A DNA stretch of 64,000 nt, taken from the NCBI GenBank assembly GCA_963710755.1, contig CAVQBK010000003.1, forward strand, positions 1,344,001 to 1,408,000. The letters are read 5' to 3'. The translations under genes were made by a program, and so were the position numbers. Origin of the DNA: an uncultured bacterium (GTDB taxonomy: Bacteria; Oederibacteriota; JAAXVQ01; JAUVAV01). Below, in pieces: positions 29,579-38,069 of this stretch. The notes under the pieces were generated by a model. It saw only the letters and a list, made by a program, of their open reading frames with translations, was not told the DNA's origin and did no database searches. How positions within the stretch are numbered: position 1 is the stretch's first letter; every line of letters begins with the position of its first letter.

Positions 29579-29941
29579 ATGAAAATAGTTTTTACGACTT
29601 CCGGAGTTTCATTGGATGCGCCGATGGACAGCCGTTTTAGCCGGGCGGAGAAGTTTTTAGTCTACGATATGAATACCAGTACCTTTGAGGTGATTGACAA
29701 CCAGCAAAATCTAAATGCAGCACAGGGCGCGGGGATTCAGGCTGCGGAAACCGTGGCGCGGAGCGGGGCCAAATGCCTGATTACGGGGCATTGCGGGCCC
29801 AAGGCATTCAGGGTGCTTGCAGCCGCTGGGATTAAAATCTATAACACGGAAGCAGCCACGGTTGCGGAAGCGCTTCAGCAATATCTGGCCGGGAAACTGA
29901 TTGAAGCAAAATCTGCGGATGTGGAAGGGCATTGGGCATGA
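29579..29941 (+). CDS. NifB/NifX-family protein
   Basis: DSRF.RA, GAGIQAA, ITGHCGPKAF. Confidence 0.88.
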   Translation: MKIVFTTSGVSLDAPMDSRFSRAEKFLVYDMNTSTFEVIDNQQNLNAAQGAGIQAAETVARSGAKCLITGHCGPKAFRVLAAAGIKIYNTEAATVAEALQQYLAGKLIEAKSADVEGHWA

Positions 29942-30786
29942 TCATCGCCGTTGCTTCGGGCAAAGGCGGGACCGGCAAGACTACGGTTTCATTGAATTTG
30001 GCCAGAGCCTATGGAGCTTTGGTCCAGGTTTTGGACTGCGACGTGGAAGAGCCAAACTGCCATTTATTTTTAAAGGGAAAACTGCTGGGTGAGGAAACTG
30101 TATCCATTCCGATCCCGCAAGTGGATGAGTCACTGTGCAATGCCTGCGGTGAGTGCAGCCATTTCTGCCAATATCATGCTATTGCATCGCTTGGAACTGT
30201 GCCGCTTGTTTTCCCTGAAATGTGCCATGGTTGTGGCGGCTGCGCCAGGGTTTGTCCGCAAAAGGCCATCCGCGAAGTTGACAAACGTATTGGTACAGTC
30301 GGCATGCTTCAGGTGGAAAATATTACCCTGATCCAGGGGAAAATTGATATTGGCGTTGCCATGGCACCGCCCTTGATCCGCGCTGTCAAAGCGCGATTGC
30401 AGGCAGGTCTGCCTGCGATCCTGGATGCGCCGCCGGGAACTTCCTGCCCAGTGATTGCCGCAATCCAGGGAGCGGATTTTGTGATCCTGGTCACTGAGCC
30501 GACGCCTTTCGGATTGAACGATTTGAAACTGGCAGTGGACATGGTGCGGGAGCTTAAGCTTCCATTTGGCGTTGTGGTGAACCGCATGGGCGTTGGTGAT
30601 GACAGGGTTCATATATTTTGCAGGCAAGAGAGTATACCCGTTATTCTTGAGATTCCCGATGACCGTCGCATTGCCGAGGTTTATTCGCGGGGCATGCTTA
30701 TCGTGGATGCATTGCCAGAATACCGGGGGCTTTTCCGGAGCCTAATCGAAAAGACTTTGAATTTGAAGAGCGCGGAGAATGTTTGA
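29938..30786 (+). CDS. MinD-like P-loop ATPase with inserted 2[4Fe-4S] domain
   Basis: SGKGGTGKT, DCDVEEPN, two CxxCxxC, DAPPGTSCP, TEPTPFG. Confidence 0.9.
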   Translation: MIIAVASGKGGTGKTTVSLNLARAYGALVQVLDCDVEEPNCHLFLKGKLLGEETVSIPIPQVDESLCNACGECSHFCQYHAIASLGTVPLVFPEMCHGCGGCARVCPQKAIREVDKRIGTVGMLQVENITLIQGKIDIGVAMAPPLIRAVKARLQAGLPAILDAPPGTSCPVIAAIQGADFVILVTEPTPFGLNDLKLAVDMVRELKLPFGVVVNRMGVGDDRVHIFCRQESIPVILEIPDDRRIAEVYSRGMLIVDALPEYRGLFRSLIEKTLNLKSAENV

Positions 30787-30789
30787 GCA

Positions 30790-31698
30790 ATGTCAACCGC
30801 TGAGCCATTAAAAGCCTGCGCGGAATGCATTCCCTGTTTTATGCGGCAGGCAACTGAGGCCATTGCTATGACCGGACAATCGCCTGAAAACACGGAGGCC
30901 CTGCTACGGGAAATATCCGACCTAGTGGCATCCAAAAGTCTGGGTGACAATCCGCCCCGAGTGAGTCAGAAGATTCACCGCTTGATTCGCGAACGTGCGG
31001 GTTGTGATGATCCTTACCGGCAAATGAAAACGGATTTAAACCGGGCAGCCATGGAAATGCTGCCGGAATTGATAAAGAGGATTCCAAAGGGAATGTCAGG
31101 ACAAGAAGCAGCCGTGCGCATGGCCATTGGAGGCAATATACTGGACGCGGGCGCGAAAAGCGGGCTGCAATTGGCGCAGGCTCTAATTGCGTTGGAAAGC
31201 TCGTTTACACAGACGCTTAAAGGTGGTTGGGAGAAATTCTTTGCCCAGGCCGCTAAGGCAAAACGCATATTGTATCTTGCTGACAATGCCGGGGAAATAG
31301 TATTTGACCGCCATCTTCTTGAGATGCTGCCGACTGAAAAAATAACAGTGGCAGTCAGAGGGAAACCGGTTATCAACGACGCCACCATGGAAGATGCGCG
31401 TGCGGTTGGAATTTGTGATATTGCGGAGGTTATTTCAAACGGTTCAGATGCTCCCGGGACCGTACTGGAGGATTGTTCAATCCAGTTCCAGGAGGCATTT
31501 GAAAAGAGCGGCCTGATCATTGCTAAAGGGCAGGGTAATTATGAAACACTAATTTTTTCTGAAAAAGCCGTGATTTTTCTTTTTCAAGCTAAATGCCCTG
31601 TGATCGCGGCGCGTACTGGCGCGGCAGTTGGGACATTGATGATAGAGGGAATAAACATGGGTGAGATTGATCAAACAGGGGGTGCGGCACATGACTGA
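30790..31698 (+). CDS. DUF89/ARMT1-like damage-control phosphatase
   Basis: CIPCF, DPY, GNILD, DNAGEIVFD, PVINDAT, KGQGNYE, AKC. Confidence 0.88.
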   Translation: MSTAEPLKACAECIPCFMRQATEAIAMTGQSPENTEALLREISDLVASKSLGDNPPRVSQKIHRLIRERAGCDDPYRQMKTDLNRAAMEMLPELIKRIPKGMSGQEAAVRMAIGGNILDAGAKSGLQLAQALIALESSFTQTLKGGWEKFFAQAAKAKRILYLADNAGEIVFDRHLLEMLPTEKITVAVRGKPVINDATMEDARAVGICDIAEVISNGSDAPGTVLEDCSIQFQEAFEKSGLIIAKGQGNYETLIFSEKAVIFLFQAKCPVIAARTGAAVGTLMIEGINMGEIDQTGGAAHD

Positions 31699-32842
31699 TC
31701 CATTAACGCCATACGGTAATAAGCCGATGGTTACGCCGATTGTCAATGCGGTGAATTACGAGTACCGGGATTTTGAAGTGTTGCGCAAGATCACGGATGG
31801 TGAAATTGACGGCTACACCTATCACCGGGATGACAACCCAACGGTGCGGGCCGTGGAGCAAAAAATAGCAGCCTTGGAAGGGGCGGAGGATTGCATTGTC
31901 TGCACGTCCGGCATGGCGGCCTGCACTCTGGTCTATCTAACCTATCTCAAGGCAGGCGACAACCTGATTCTTTTTCATGACACCTATGGAGCTCATTACA
32001 AAGTATCTCTTATTCTGGAGCGCCTGGGCGTGGAAGTGACGTGGCTCAATGCCGATGAGAGTAAGAATCTTGAAAAGCATATCAAATCCAATACCAGCAT
32101 GGTGTTTTTAGAAACGCCCACAAATCCTTTATGCAAGATTATTGATATTGCTGCTGCCAGGCGCGCGGCGGATAAAGCAGACGCGCGCTTGATTGTTGAC
32201 AACACCTTTGCCACTCCTTTTCACCAAAAACCGCTGGCCCTTGGCGCGCACCTGGTGGTGCATAGCGCCACCAAAGCCCTGGGCGGGCATAATGACTTGA
32301 TGGCTGGGGCGATTGCCGGGCCCAAGGAAGACTACGATAAGCTTTGGTTCACCCGGCAGGCGATCGGATGCACCTTGGATGCATATTCCGCGTCATTGCT
32401 GGAACGGGGCCTTAAAACTTTTGACTTGCGGGCTGAGCGGATGGCTGCTTCAGCCATGTCTGTGGCGGAATACTTGAATTCCGAGCCTTTAATCAACTGC
32501 TTATTTTATCCAGGACTGGCGGGACATTTGGGACATATTCCAGCCAACGCGCAGATGAGCCGGGGTTTTGGAGGCATGATGGCGTTCAATGTTGGAGAAA
32601 ACCAGGAGGATGCCAAACGATTTATTTCAGGACTTAAAGTCATCAAGCATGCCGTGAGCCTTGGGTCCACCGAGAGTTTGATCTGCATACCTTATTTGAC
32701 CACGATGCTTTATCTGCCGCCCGAAAAAAGGCTGGGATTCGGCGTACAGGAAAACACAGTGCGCCTGTCCGTGGGCATTGAACCATCGGCGAAAATTATA
32801 GACGATATTAAGCAAGCATTGCATAAGGTGAGACAAAAATGA
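31691..32842 (+). CDS. PLP-dependent trans-sulfuration enzyme (Cys/Met metabolism family)
   Basis: Y.R..NPT, SGMAA, ETPTNP, VDNTFATP, HSATK..GGH.D, SLG..ESL, RLSVGIE. Confidence 0.88.
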   Translation: MTDPLTPYGNKPMVTPIVNAVNYEYRDFEVLRKITDGEIDGYTYHRDDNPTVRAVEQKIAALEGAEDCIVCTSGMAACTLVYLTYLKAGDNLILFHDTYGAHYKVSLILERLGVEVTWLNADESKNLEKHIKSNTSMVFLETPTNPLCKIIDIAAARRAADKADARLIVDNTFATPFHQKPLALGAHLVVHSATKALGGHNDLMAGAIAGPKEDYDKLWFTRQAIGCTLDAYSASLLERGLKTFDLRAERMAASAMSVAEYLNSEPLINCLFYPGLAGHLGHIPANAQMSRGFGGMMAFNVGENQEDAKRFISGLKVIKHAVSLGSTESLICIPYLTTMLYLPPEKRLGFGVQENTVRLSVGIEPSAKIIDDIKQALHKVRQK

Positions 32843-33726
32843 ACGGGAAGCCTAAAGAAATAGTAGTCATCAGCGGCAAGGGAGGCACGGGCAAGACCAG
32901 CGTTACTGCTTCGCTGGCCATATTGGCCAAAAATGCAGTGATTGCGGATTGTGATGTGGATGCCACTGACTTGCACTTGGTTTTATCGCCGAAAATAAAA
33001 GAGCGGCATGAATTCCGCAGCGGGCATGAAGCGGTTATTCGGCGCGAAGCATGTATTGGCTGCGGTCTTTGCCGGGAGTATTGCCGTTTTGGAGCAATCC
33101 AAACGGATTGCCTTGAGCTTGAGGAAAAAGAGGTTTATCGGGTTGACCCGGTTGCGTGCGAGGGCTGTGGCGTATGCGTGCGTTTTTGTCCGGAAAAGGC
33201 CATTGATTTTCCGGAAAGGCTGTGCGGGGAATGGATGGTGTCTGAAACCAGGATTGGACCCATGGTGCATGCCCGGCTGGGAGTAGCGGCTGAAAATTCC
33301 GGTAAACTGGTTTCCTTGGTCCGCCGTGAGGCCCGGCGCATCGCTGAGGAAGAAAAACGTCCGTACATCATTGTGGATGGGCCGCCCGGCATAGGTTGTC
33401 CGGTGATTGCCTCAATTGGTGGAGCTTCACAAGTATTGGTTGTCACCGAACCGACTGTATCCGGAGAGCATGATTTAGAGAGGGTTCTCTCCCTGGCGCG
33501 GCATTTTAATATCCCGGCGGCAGTTTGCGTGAACAAATGGGATATTAACCCGGAAATGACGAATAAAATTGAGGGCCAGGTGCGACGGTTAGGGGCGCGG
33601 ATCGCTGGGCGCATTCGTTACGATTCCTGCGTAACCCGGGCGCAAATGCAAGAGCAGGCGGTAGTAGAAACCGATGCGCCTTCGGCTATGGAATTTAGGG
33701 AACTATGGCATGAACTTAATTTGTAG
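32839..33726 (+). CDS. MinD-like P-loop ATPase with inserted 2[4Fe-4S] domain (partner paralog)
   Basis: SGKGGTGKT, DCDVDA, CIGCGLC, CEGCGVC, ENSGKLV, DGPPGIGCPV. Confidence 0.9.
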   Translation: MNGKPKEIVVISGKGGTGKTSVTASLAILAKNAVIADCDVDATDLHLVLSPKIKERHEFRSGHEAVIRREACIGCGLCREYCRFGAIQTDCLELEEKEVYRVDPVACEGCGVCVRFCPEKAIDFPERLCGEWMVSETRIGPMVHARLGVAAENSGKLVSLVRREARRIAEEEKRPYIIVDGPPGIGCPVIASIGGASQVLVVTEPTVSGEHDLERVLSLARHFNIPAAVCVNKWDINPEMTNKIEGQVRRLGARIAGRIRYDSCVTRAQMQEQAVVETDAPSAMEFRELWHELNL

Positions 33727-33746
33727 AAGGGGAGAACAGATAAGAT

Positions 33747-35048
33747 ATGGAATGCATTGATCTTGAAAGTCTTTCCGAATATGCACGCGATCATGTATTG
33801 CATCCGAGGAACCTAGGCGCATTGGAAAAATACGATGGCCATGCCCGCATTACCGGGCCTTGCGGCGACACCATGGAATTTTGGGTGGCCATTAAAAAAG
33901 ACAAAGTTGAAAAAATATCATTCATTACAGACGGTTGCGGGCCTTCCCTGGCATGCGGGAGCATGGCCACCTGCCTGGCACGGGGCAAACGTGTTGAAGA
34001 CGCGTCTGCTTTACAGCAAAAGGATATTTTGGAAGCGATGCACGGTTTTCCTAAGGAACATGAGCATTGCGCGCTTCTGGCAGCTAATACTTTAAAAGCC
34101 GCATGCGAAGATTATATAGAAAAACAAAAAGGCGGACATATGCAATCTCACAGCACGGATAGCACCTGCAATACTTGTTCGGACAACGATTGTTCGGCAT
34201 CTAAACGTAAACCCGAAGAAAACGAAAAAGAATTTCAGGAACGACAAAAACTCCAGTCGCGGCTTTGCCGCATCCGGCACAAGGTGGTGGTGCTGTCTGG
34301 TAAAGGCGGTGTTGGTAAAAGCACGGTGGCTGTCAACTTGGCCACGGCCCTTATGTTGTCAGGAAAACGTGTAGGTTTGTTGGACGTGGATACTCATGGT
34401 CCGAGCATTCCAACCATGCTTGGTCTGGAAAAGGAGACACTTCAAACTGGAGATGATGGAATGATCCCGGTTGAACTGGGTGATATGAAAGTTATTTCCC
34501 TGGGATTTCTATTAAAAAGCCAGGACGAGGCTGTGATCTGGCGCGGGCCCATGAAGATGGGCGTTATACGGCAGTTTTTACAGGACGTGGAGTGGGGCGA
34601 TTTGGATTATCTGATTGTCGATTCTCCCCCGGGGACTGGGGACGAACCGCTTTCCATTTGCCAATTGCTCGAACCATTAGACGGCGCAGTGGTCGTGACT
34701 ACTCCGCAAAAAGTGGCTGCCGTGGATGTGCGCAAGTCCATCACGTTTTGCAAGAGTCTTCACGTGCCTGTGCTCGGGGTGGTTGAAAACATGAGCGGCT
34801 TTGTCTGCCCGAAGTGCGGGGAAATAACCGCGATATTGCCTGGGGGAGGAGGGAAACGCATTACAGAAGATATGCAGGTGCCGTTTTTAGCTTCGATACC
34901 CATGGACCCGAAAATCGCCGAGTCGTGCGACAATGGCCGGGCTTTTATCCACCATTTTGCTTCGACGCCCACAGCACAAATCATGCGGGATATTATCAAA
35001 CCGATTGCGGATTTGGATTTAGCAGAAATAACGGAAGAAAAAAACTAA
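33747..35048 (+). CDS. IscU/NifU-N scaffold fused to Mrp/NBP35 Fe-S carrier ATPase
   Basis: HPRN, GPCGDTM, DGCG..ACGS, HCA; then SGKGGVGKST, WRGP, DSPPGTGD, ENMSGFVCPKC. Confidence 0.9.
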   Translation: MECIDLESLSEYARDHVLHPRNLGALEKYDGHARITGPCGDTMEFWVAIKKDKVEKISFITDGCGPSLACGSMATCLARGKRVEDASALQQKDILEAMHGFPKEHEHCALLAANTLKAACEDYIEKQKGGHMQSHSTDSTCNTCSDNDCSASKRKPEENEKEFQERQKLQSRLCRIRHKVVVLSGKGGVGKSTVAVNLATALMLSGKRVGLLDVDTHGPSIPTMLGLEKETLQTGDDGMIPVELGDMKVISLGFLLKSQDEAVIWRGPMKMGVIRQFLQDVEWGDLDYLIVDSPPGTGDEPLSICQLLEPLDGAVVVTTPQKVAAVDVRKSITFCKSLHVPVLGVVENMSGFVCPKCGEITAILPGGGGKRITEDMQVPFLASIPMDPKIAESCDNGRAFIHHFASTPTAQIMRDIIKPIADLDLAEITEEKN

Positions 35049-35067
35049 ATATTAAGGAGATAAAGTC

Positions 35068-35406
35068 ATGAAAATTGCGATTCCTTTAGCAGACGGGAAA
35101 TTAGCCATGCATTTCGGGCATTCTGGAAGTTTTGCGATGGTGGATGTGGACGAGGCAGGCAAAAAAACACTCAAACGTGAAGATATTGTGTCACCTCCGC
35201 ATCAGCCTGGGTTGCTGCCTCCGTGGCTGGCGGAACGGGGAGCGACTCTGATTATTGCAGGAGGCATGGGGCAGCGCGCTCAGGATTTGTTCGTTGCGCA
35301 GGGCATCAAGGTATTGGTGGGCGCGCCTGCGGAAACGCCGGAGAAAATTATTGCAGACTATTTTGCAGGAACGTTGCAATTGGGTGGAAATGTTTGTGAT
35401 CATTAA
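35068..35406 (+). CDS. NifB/NifX-family protein
   Basis: MKIAIP, HFGH, PPH.PG.LP.WL, AGGMG.RA, C-terminal CDH. Confidence 0.88.
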   Translation: MKIAIPLADGKLAMHFGHSGSFAMVDVDEAGKKTLKREDIVSPPHQPGLLPPWLAERGATLIIAGGMGQRAQDLFVAQGIKVLVGAPAETPEKIIADYFAGTLQLGGNVCDH

Positions 35407-35424
35407 AAACAGGGAGTAAACGCG

Positions 35425-35772
35425 ATGCCCGTTGAAAAAAGTATGGCGGCGTATAAGCTGCATAAAAAGAATTGCGCGCAAAGTATCCTGGCTGGATTCC
35501 AACATTGGCATAATATTACAGAGGCCGAGATTGATAAGGCCAGGATGCTGGGCGCGGGCCGGGCGGAAAAAGGCGAATGCGGAGCATTACATGCCGCATT
35601 GTCGCTGGCGAAAAAGAGTGAGACGAAAAACATACTCCGCCAGGCTTTTCGGGAGAAAACGGGTTCTGAACAGTGCCGGGGAATTCGTGCTTTTAAGCGG
35701 ATGAACTGCGCAGAATGCGTGGAATTGGCTGCGACGATGCTGGCGCGGCAGGAGTATATGGATAAATCATGA
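35425..35772 (+). CDS. C-GCAxxG-C-C-like putative redox protein
   Basis: NCAQS, ECGAL, GS..CR, CAECV. Confidence 0.7.
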   Translation: MPVEKSMAAYKLHKKNCAQSILAGFQHWHNITEAEIDKARMLGAGRAEKGECGALHAALSLAKKSETKNILRQAFREKTGSEQCRGIRAFKRMNCAECVELAATMLARQEYMDKS

Positions 35773-36179
35773 GCCGTTGTCCTGAAAGTCATTCCCAATG
35801 CTTAATGTGCGGAGAAGACAATCCCTGGTCGCTGCGGCTTGATTTTAAGGCTAATGCCGCGGGCGAGGTCAGTGCGGTTTTTCAAGCGCATGAAAAATTG
35901 CAAGGATATGCAGGCATCCTGCATGGCGGTGTCATCAGTGCGCTTTTGGATGCCGCTATGACGCATTGTTTGTTTAATCAAGGCATCCAAGGCTTGACAG
36001 CTGAGCTGCGGGTGCGCTTTTTAAAACCCGTCCCTTGGGAAACGCCGATTGAATTGAAAGCTAAACTAGATGAAGCCAGACCACCGCTCTACCAGGTGAA
36101 GGCGGAATTAAGGCAAAAAGGGATTCTTGTAGCTAAAGCACAAGCCAAATTTTTGGATCGCCCGGGTGTGTTGAAATGA
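35769..36179 (+). CDS. PaaI-family thioesterase (hotdog fold)
   Basis: CLMCG..NP..L, QGYAGILHGG, LDAAM, TAEL.VRF.KP. Confidence 0.9.
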   Translation: MSRCPESHSQCLMCGEDNPWSLRLDFKANAAGEVSAVFQAHEKLQGYAGILHGGVISALLDAAMTHCLFNQGIQGLTAELRVRFLKPVPWETPIELKAKLDEARPPLYQVKAELRQKGILVAKAQAKFLDRPGVLK

Positions 36180-36245
36180 TCAGCGAAATTGAGATAGCCG
36201 TGCTGTCGGATAATCAGGCATCAGAACCTCTGAAATCTGAATATG
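36176..36245 (+). pseudogene. N-terminal stub of a probable MBL-fold hydrolase, cut by the transposase element
   Basis: ATG overlaps the upstream TGA; MISEIEIAVLSDNQASEPLKSEY resembles the I.VL.DN...L..EHG start of MBL-fold proteins; ends at the repeat array. Confidence 0.6.
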
Positions 36246-36278
36246 AGGGGACCCGATTAGGGGACCCGATTAGGGGAC
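36246..36278. repeat. Tandem 13-bp repeats of the element end
   Basis: AGGGGACCCGATT-AGGGGACCCGATT-AGGGGAC. Confidence 0.85.
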
Positions 36279-37386
36279 ATGTCTAACTTGAAACTATAGG
36301 CATGTCCTTTTTTTGTAAAAAAGTGAAATGAAAAAAGAAAAAGTCTGTCAAAAAGTATTATGCCAAGACAGCCAAGATTGGATATCGAAGGTGGATTCTA
36401 TCATATAATTAATCGAGGGATAGAACGTCGAAAGATATTCAAAAAGCCAAAAGATTATAAAATGTTCATTCAAACACTGGGAGCTTTACTATTAGAAGAA
36501 GGACATAAGTGTTATGGGTGGGTATTAATGTCAAATCATTATCATTTATTAATAGAGCGGGGAGAACAACCATTATCCCGTTTTATGACTCGCCTTCAGA
36601 CTACATATGCTGGATACTTCAATAGAACATATCATCGGAATGGACGATTTTTTCAGAATCGTTATAAAGCAATATTATGTGACAAAGAAAGTTATTTTTT
36701 AGAACTGATCGCGTATATTCATTTGAATCCATTAAAAGCTGGGATGGTAAAAGATTTGGATGAATTGATAAATTATCGTTGGAGTGGCCATCGTGCGTTA
36801 TTAGGGCAAGAGAATAGGAAATGGCAAGAAATCAATGAGGCGTTAGGAAGATTTGGTAAAACGTATAAAGAAGCGCGAAGTAAATATATTCAATATTTGA
36901 AAAACAAAACAAAAGAGGAAAAGGATTTGTCAGGTGGAGGTTTAGTTCGAAGCGCGGGCAGTTTAAAAGTAGTAATTAAAAGAAAAAAAGACGAGAGGGA
37001 ATTATATGATAGTCGTATATTAGGAGATGGACAATTTGTAGAAACAGCCGCCAAAGTATTTGAAGAAAAAATAAATATTGAAAAAGAAATAAAAAATATA
37101 AATGAAGAAATGATTATAAAACAAGCAAGTTTAATATTTAATATAGCATATGAAGAATTAAAGAAACCAGGTCGTTCATTATCGCGTCGTGTTGTAAAAG
37201 CAAGAGCATTGATAATTTATATTAGTACAAAATATTTTAAAATTAAGCAAAATATATGGGTTCAATATTATAAAATAAGTTCAGCAGCTGTAAGTAAGTT
37301 GTTTTTATTGGGAGCACATTAGAGAAGGAAAATAGGGATACAGTGAATGAGTTTGTAAAGTTTGAAGTTAGACATGTCCCCTAATC
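36268..37386 (+). mobile_element. RAYT-like Y1/HUH transposase element, copy 2 (1119 bp)
   Basis: Same 22-bp TIRs (36268-36289, 37365-37386); I saw only two substitutions and a 1-bp deletion relative to copy 1. Confidence 0.9.
36360..37322 (+). CDS. RAYT-like Y1 transposase, C-terminally shortened by a 1-bp deletion
   Basis: Same as the 21805 protein except H>R, and GCACAATTAG>GCACATTAG creates an early TAG. Confidence 0.88.
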   Translation: MPRQPRLDIEGGFYHIINRGIERRKIFKKPKDYKMFIQTLGALLLEEGHKCYGWVLMSNHYHLLIERGEQPLSRFMTRLQTTYAGYFNRTYHRNGRFFQNRYKAILCDKESYFLELIAYIHLNPLKAGMVKDLDELINYRWSGHRALLGQENRKWQEINEALGRFGKTYKEARSKYIQYLKNKTKEEKDLSGGGLVRSAGSLKVVIKRKKDERELYDSRILGDGQFVETAAKVFEEKINIEKEIKNINEEMIIKQASLIFNIAYEELKKPGRSLSRRVVKARALIIYISTKYFKIKQNIWVQYYKISSAAVSKLFLLGAH

Positions 37387-37388
37387 GA

Positions 37389-37759
37389 CCGATTATTGCA
37401 CGCGAAAATGTTCCGGAGCGGGTACATGAGCTTTTTCCCAATAGTACGGTCTTTGGTATTTTTATTGGTGTGCCGATAAATCAACGCAATACCTTTGCCG
37501 TGCAACTGGAACCCACCAGAATAGAAATTTATCAAGAGAGCTTTGAGCAGATCTATGGTTCCGCCCCTTCGCCACAAATAAAAGATCAAATTGTACGCAC
37601 CGTTGTTCACGAAGTTGCTCATTATATGGGCTTCAATGAAAAAGAAGTCCGGCAACGAGGCTATTAGAGTTTGTATCCGGGTTATCTACGGCTTTTGCGT
37701 AGATCGGTCTTGTTGCGGAAACAGTTTTTATGATCTTAGCAAAACAGTCCTCTCCTCTT
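37389..37759 (+). repeat. 371-bp direct duplicate of the zincin gene 3' part and downstream DNA (IS-free)
   Basis: Matches 18276-18395 joined to 19759-20009 with about 3 substitutions; encodes HEVAH. Confidence 0.92.
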
Positions 37760-37807
37760 ACACACGGGAGGATGTGATCCTCCTTCATGATTTCGGACGA
37801 CAGGGCA

Positions 37808-38044
37808 TTAACTGTTTTTTTCCAAGGAAATCGCGGCCGTCGGGCAGCTATCCACCGCCAAAACACAATCACAGGATTCACAATCACTTGGATTTCTAAC
37901 TATCGCGAATTTTTCCTTTACCGGCAGAAGTTTTGGGGAAATAATCCAGGCTTTGTTCTCCCGCATTTCGAAAACCTTCGGGCAAATTTCCACGCAAAGG
38001 GTGCAGCCGATGCAAAGATCGGGATCGACTTTTAAATAGGCCAT
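37808..38044 (-). CDS. Ferredoxin
   Basis: CIGCTLCVEICP and C-terminal SCPTAAI. Confidence 0.85.
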   Translation of the reverse strand: MAYLKVDPDLCIGCTLCVEICPKVFEMRENKAWIISPKLLPVKEKFAIVRNPSDCESCDCVLAVDSCPTAAISLEKNS

Positions 38045-38069
38045 GGTGGTCGCCTGCTTCCGGAAATAA

